A DNA stretch of 63,820 nt, the filler included, from Octopus bimaculoides (lineage: Eukaryota), in the NCBI RefSeq assembly GCF_001194135.2. It is 7 parts of 7 records of this genome, joined end to end, with 100 filler letters (N's around TTAATTAATTAA, not from the genome) between each part and the next. Parts side by side here need not be neighbours in the genome. Positions count along the whole stretch, not along the records: positions 62,523 to 63,820 come from NW_026313130.1; 6 more parts are not named here. The stretch is one strand, 5' to 3'. The position numbers and the translations under genes are program-made. The notes under the pieces are model-generated. The model saw nothing but the letters and a program-made list of their open reading frames with translations, did not search any database and was not told where the DNA came from. Below are positions 62,930 to 63,820 of this stretch, piece by piece (the stretch's first letter is position 1; every line of letters begins with the position of its first letter).

Positions 62930-63820
62930 ATTACAAAATCACATTCTGACAATTTCTAGTACCCTCGTCACTAACAACCTAATCCGATTCCTGTACTCCT
63001 CATCAACAGGGACTTATTTAGTTTCTAGTAGCCGGGACCTTGTCTACGTAACTTATCTATGTCAAACTTACAAGCTTGTGATCACTGTAGTTGACGTAAT
63101 GAAAGTCTGGATACCTAACTAAAACTTTATCTATACGCCTAACGAATAACCTGTCTATATAAGACCTAGAAAACCCATCGCTCTTCATCCATGTCCACCA
63201 TGGAGCGTAAGCGTGTTCTAGTCTATACCAATCTGCGAGCTGAAAACGCCCCAGCAGATCGAGGAGGCACGGGTTTCCCCTCCTATCTGAACACGAACCA
63301 ACACAATCTACGCGTGATTCTGTTAAAGTTCCCTAACAGCACTAAGGCGTGTGACGTACCTAGAAATTTCTCTAGACTTCAAAAATAGTCTGACTGTCCA
63401 GCCCTCGAGGGGGCATAAACTTCCACCAGACTGAAAGACTTACCGCTGCTGTGCCTCACGTCCAAAACGACGAACCTGCCTTCCGGATCAACAAATATTA
63501 CTGTTATCGCTAAACCCAAATTTTTCCTGAACAGAACCGTGAAACCCCACCCCCTTCCAGACTGTCCTGGAGAAATAAATTTCTCGTAGCCGTTTGGGAG
63601 GGGAAAAAAGTCTCTCGGTCCATTCAGCCAGGTTTCTGTAACTACTATCACATCTAATCTATGCAATCCGAGGTCATTGAGGAAACGCCCTTTTTTCCAA
63701 TTCGACCTCAGGCCACGATCATTTAAACACCCTACGTTGAGTGTAAACATGAAGGAAAATTATTTACCTCTGCTGGAGATTGGCTATCGCCAATCTCATT
63801 CTAGTTCATTTGGGGCTCGT
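62930..63820 (-). mobile_element. Tx1/L1-clade LINE: 5' part of ORF2 (AP endonuclease), decayed
   Basis: LNVGCLNDRGLRS..LDVIVVTETWL..VDPEGRFVVLDV..LVEVYAP; downstream LVLLGNFN, DHKLV and GPGY*KLNKSLL motifs in shifted frames. Confidence 0.9.

Overview
63.8 kb of AT-rich, microsatellite-dense metazoan draft-assembly DNA. An octopod cephalopod origin is my inference from the SINE families. About 10 kb is N. Six identical 100-bp artificial spacers (44N-TTAATTAATTAA-44N) split the window into seven pieces whose adjacency should not be trusted. I found no intact host gene, true tRNA/rRNA gene or CRISPR array. The interpretable content is decayed mobile DNA: four related tRNA-derived SINE families; two mariner, one full-length Tc1 and one hAT MITE; a Ty3/Gypsy pol remnant with PPT; R4/Dong-like RLE, RTE, CR1/L2-like and Tx1/L1-like LINE remnants; several Penelope-like (PLE) remnants; and foldback elements. 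Best leads: (1) a broken ORF joining a Myb/SANT-like trihelix domain to tandem CCCH zinc fingers, with codon evidence of past selection (25003-25845); (2) two minimal type-I hammerhead ribozyme motifs, one amid RLE-retrotransposon termini; (3) two adjacent PLE copies that each carry a 5' inversion; (4) a GT-AG intron whose removal restores the frame of a Tc1 transposase; (5) several perfect or near-perfect hairpins. All family calls come from hand translation and remembered consensus motifs; no searches were run.
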